A stretch of DNA of 64,000 nucleotides from the human T2T-CHM13v2.0 reference genome, Homo sapiens, in assembly GCF_009914755.1 (NCBI RefSeq), contig NC_060936.1; one strand, given 5' to 3'. Of this stretch, positions 62,066 through 64,000 are shown one piece after another. Numbering within the stretch: the first letter of the stretch is position 1; every line of letters begins with the position of its first letter. Made by a program: the position numbers and the translations under genes. The notes beneath the pieces were generated by a model that was not told the origin of the DNA, did no database searches, and worked only from the letters and a program-made list of their open reading frames with translations.

Positions 62066-64000
62066 TAATTGGTCTCCCCAGAAGAGGCTGAGGCCGAAAC
62101 AGTAGTTCACACTTCTGAGGGGCCCTGCAGGGAGGGGAGCAGGGAGCTTCATTCTGTAAACAGGAGGTGCTTGGAGGTGGGGGCCTTGGCGGGAAGGGTC
62201 TCGGTTTGCTCGCCAACCCCCTGCCCCCCACCCGCGCCGATTTCAGCTACCCCTAGTTTCGTTGTTTTGCCGACAGGGCGGAGCTACAGAAGGTTGGAGG
62301 GGGTTGTTGTTCTCTGGTGTTGGAAAAACAGGAGCGGCACCTCCTCTTCCGTGAGTGAGCCTGCCCTGGGGAGGTCTGAGATTAACCAGAGGGCCAAGTT
62401 CAGGTGACATCAGGCAGGAGGCCCAACAGAGGCTGGCGCCCCCTTTCCTCAGTATAGCAGAGCTTAAGCAACATCTCTTTGTCAAGACCCAGGTCAACAC
62501 AACTCATATTTATTGAGCATCTACTATACACAAGGCCCTGGGCCAGGAGCTGTAAGGGCAAGGATGTCCAGCCTCTGGTCTTTTCTCTCCCCAACCTGAG
62601 GATCAAGAGGGCACCTCTGCTACTTTCTAAGCCTCCTGCCTTGGGGAGTCCTTCCTGGGCTCAGCTTGTGCCTCCCGCCCCCATTTTGCTTATTGTCTGA
62701 CACTGTCTCTAGGACCCTAGACAGAGCCCCGGATTGCTCTTCTCCAGTCCTCCCCCGACTCCCATGCTATCTGAGCCCACCCCTTTGGGGTGTCTCTGGG
62801 ACCGTGGACACCTGAGGACTGAAGTTCTGTGGATCTCCTCCCCTCCCCTCAGATCTCAGCTTGGGGTTTGGCACAGCCAGGGCCCCTTCCCCAGTGTGGG
62901 AGTGGAAGAAACCACCTGTGCTTCCCTCACAGTTGCTGGGCCTAAATTTAGATCCTGGGATTTTTAGATGTGAACACTCCCAGCTGGTGGAGGGGGGTGG
63001 TCTGGGGACTGGCGTGGGAGGGAGCAGTGGAGTGACTGTATAACTGTCCCATCCAGACTCCTGCAATCTTCACCCAGAAACCCAGGAGTACCAGAGTCTG
63101 GCCACCCTCCCTGGGGAGGCAGGAGGCAGGCATGGTTGGGTCTCTTTACCCTTTATCTGGGTCCTGCAGCCTCTGGGCATCCGGCCCTGTCTCAGTCCTT
63201 CTATAGCCCCTTTGTCCTGGCTGTGATGGGGGTGGGGGATGTTGGAGGGGAGGCCTCTGGTTGAGGAGGGGCTGGAGATTCTGGCTCTATCCCACCCCTA
63301 GTGCTCTCTACCAAAGGAGGGCCTGTGACACTGCCCCTCCCTATGCTCCCGGTTCCTGGGTACAGCAGGGATTTTTATGATTCCCTTCCCCTGCCCTGCT
63401 CCCCAAGCTGCCTAGCTCCTCCCCAGAGGTGTTGTTTGTGCTCCCTTCCTGCCCAGGCCCTTTGCCCCCTGTTTGTGTAATATGGACTTTACCCTCAGGG
63501 TAGCAGGGAACTGGGCTACCTCTAACACTGTAGCCTTCCAAGCACAGACACAAAGTCTGCACAAACACTTATGGGCACGTGGGATAGATGGGGCCACCTG
63601 AAATACTTCCTGCAAGGAAACCCAACTATAGATTCCTGAGCCAGCAGGACCAATGTGTACGTGTTCGTGTGTACATTGTGTGTGTATGTGTGTGCCCACA
63701 CTACTACTTCCCTGTGCAGAAAGCTTGGCTCCTCCCTTATCTGGGGAGAAGTGTTGGCACTATAACTTGGGAAAGGGGGTATCCTGCCAGGAAGGGGATT
63801 GGGGTGGGGCTGTTCCAGAAATGACTAACCTTCCTAGTCTCTTTCATTTCAACCCAAGGACCCTGGAGTTCCCAGCTCCTCTGGAACTAGCTCTCTTTGC
63901 TGGGACTAGCCAACCTTCATGGGGAGTGATAAGGAGCCCTCCAAGGTCAAGAAGTCAGACTAGGGGTGTATGTTATAGGAGGGATTGGGGCCTCACCAGT

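Overview
Human genomic DNA recognisable as the chr12q13.2 IKZF4 - RPS26 - ERBB3 locus; all three genes are on the + strand. IKZF4 (Eos) has a complete 8-exon CDS at 2563-16395 (1758 nt, 585 aa) and a ~3.1 kb 3'UTR. RPS26 has a complete 4-exon CDS at 23232-25219 (115 aa), and this haplotype carries G at c.-22, breaking the TCT/5'TOP tract. ERBB3 is represented by its CpG-island promoter, coding exon 1 (61751-61832) and part of intron 1. The ~35 kb RPS26-ERBB3 interval is almost all transposable elements: dozens of nested Alus, a Tigger3-type DNA transposon, L1M, L2, MIR, MaLR, ERV1 and ERVL relics, and a full-length SVA at 56143-58225 (-). There is no CRISPR array, tRNA, rRNA or prokaryotic system, and nearly all other ORFs in the track are repeat or GC-content artefacts. 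The most interesting reading is a compact candidate control module in IKZF4 exon 1. It combines an upstream ATG with two splice-dependent fates, a hairpin made of two STAT5 GAS sites that hides the alternative donor, a TAATG stop/start overlap at Met54, and complementary CA/GT repeats bracketing both donors. Other highlights are three in-frame acceptors tuning the ZF3-ZF4 linker, an intronic IRLPNGKVK echo of exon 4, an SVA inserted into an older Alu's TSD, and an inverted template-switch duplication flanking that SVA. Repeat subfamily calls and repeat boundaries are by eye and approximate.
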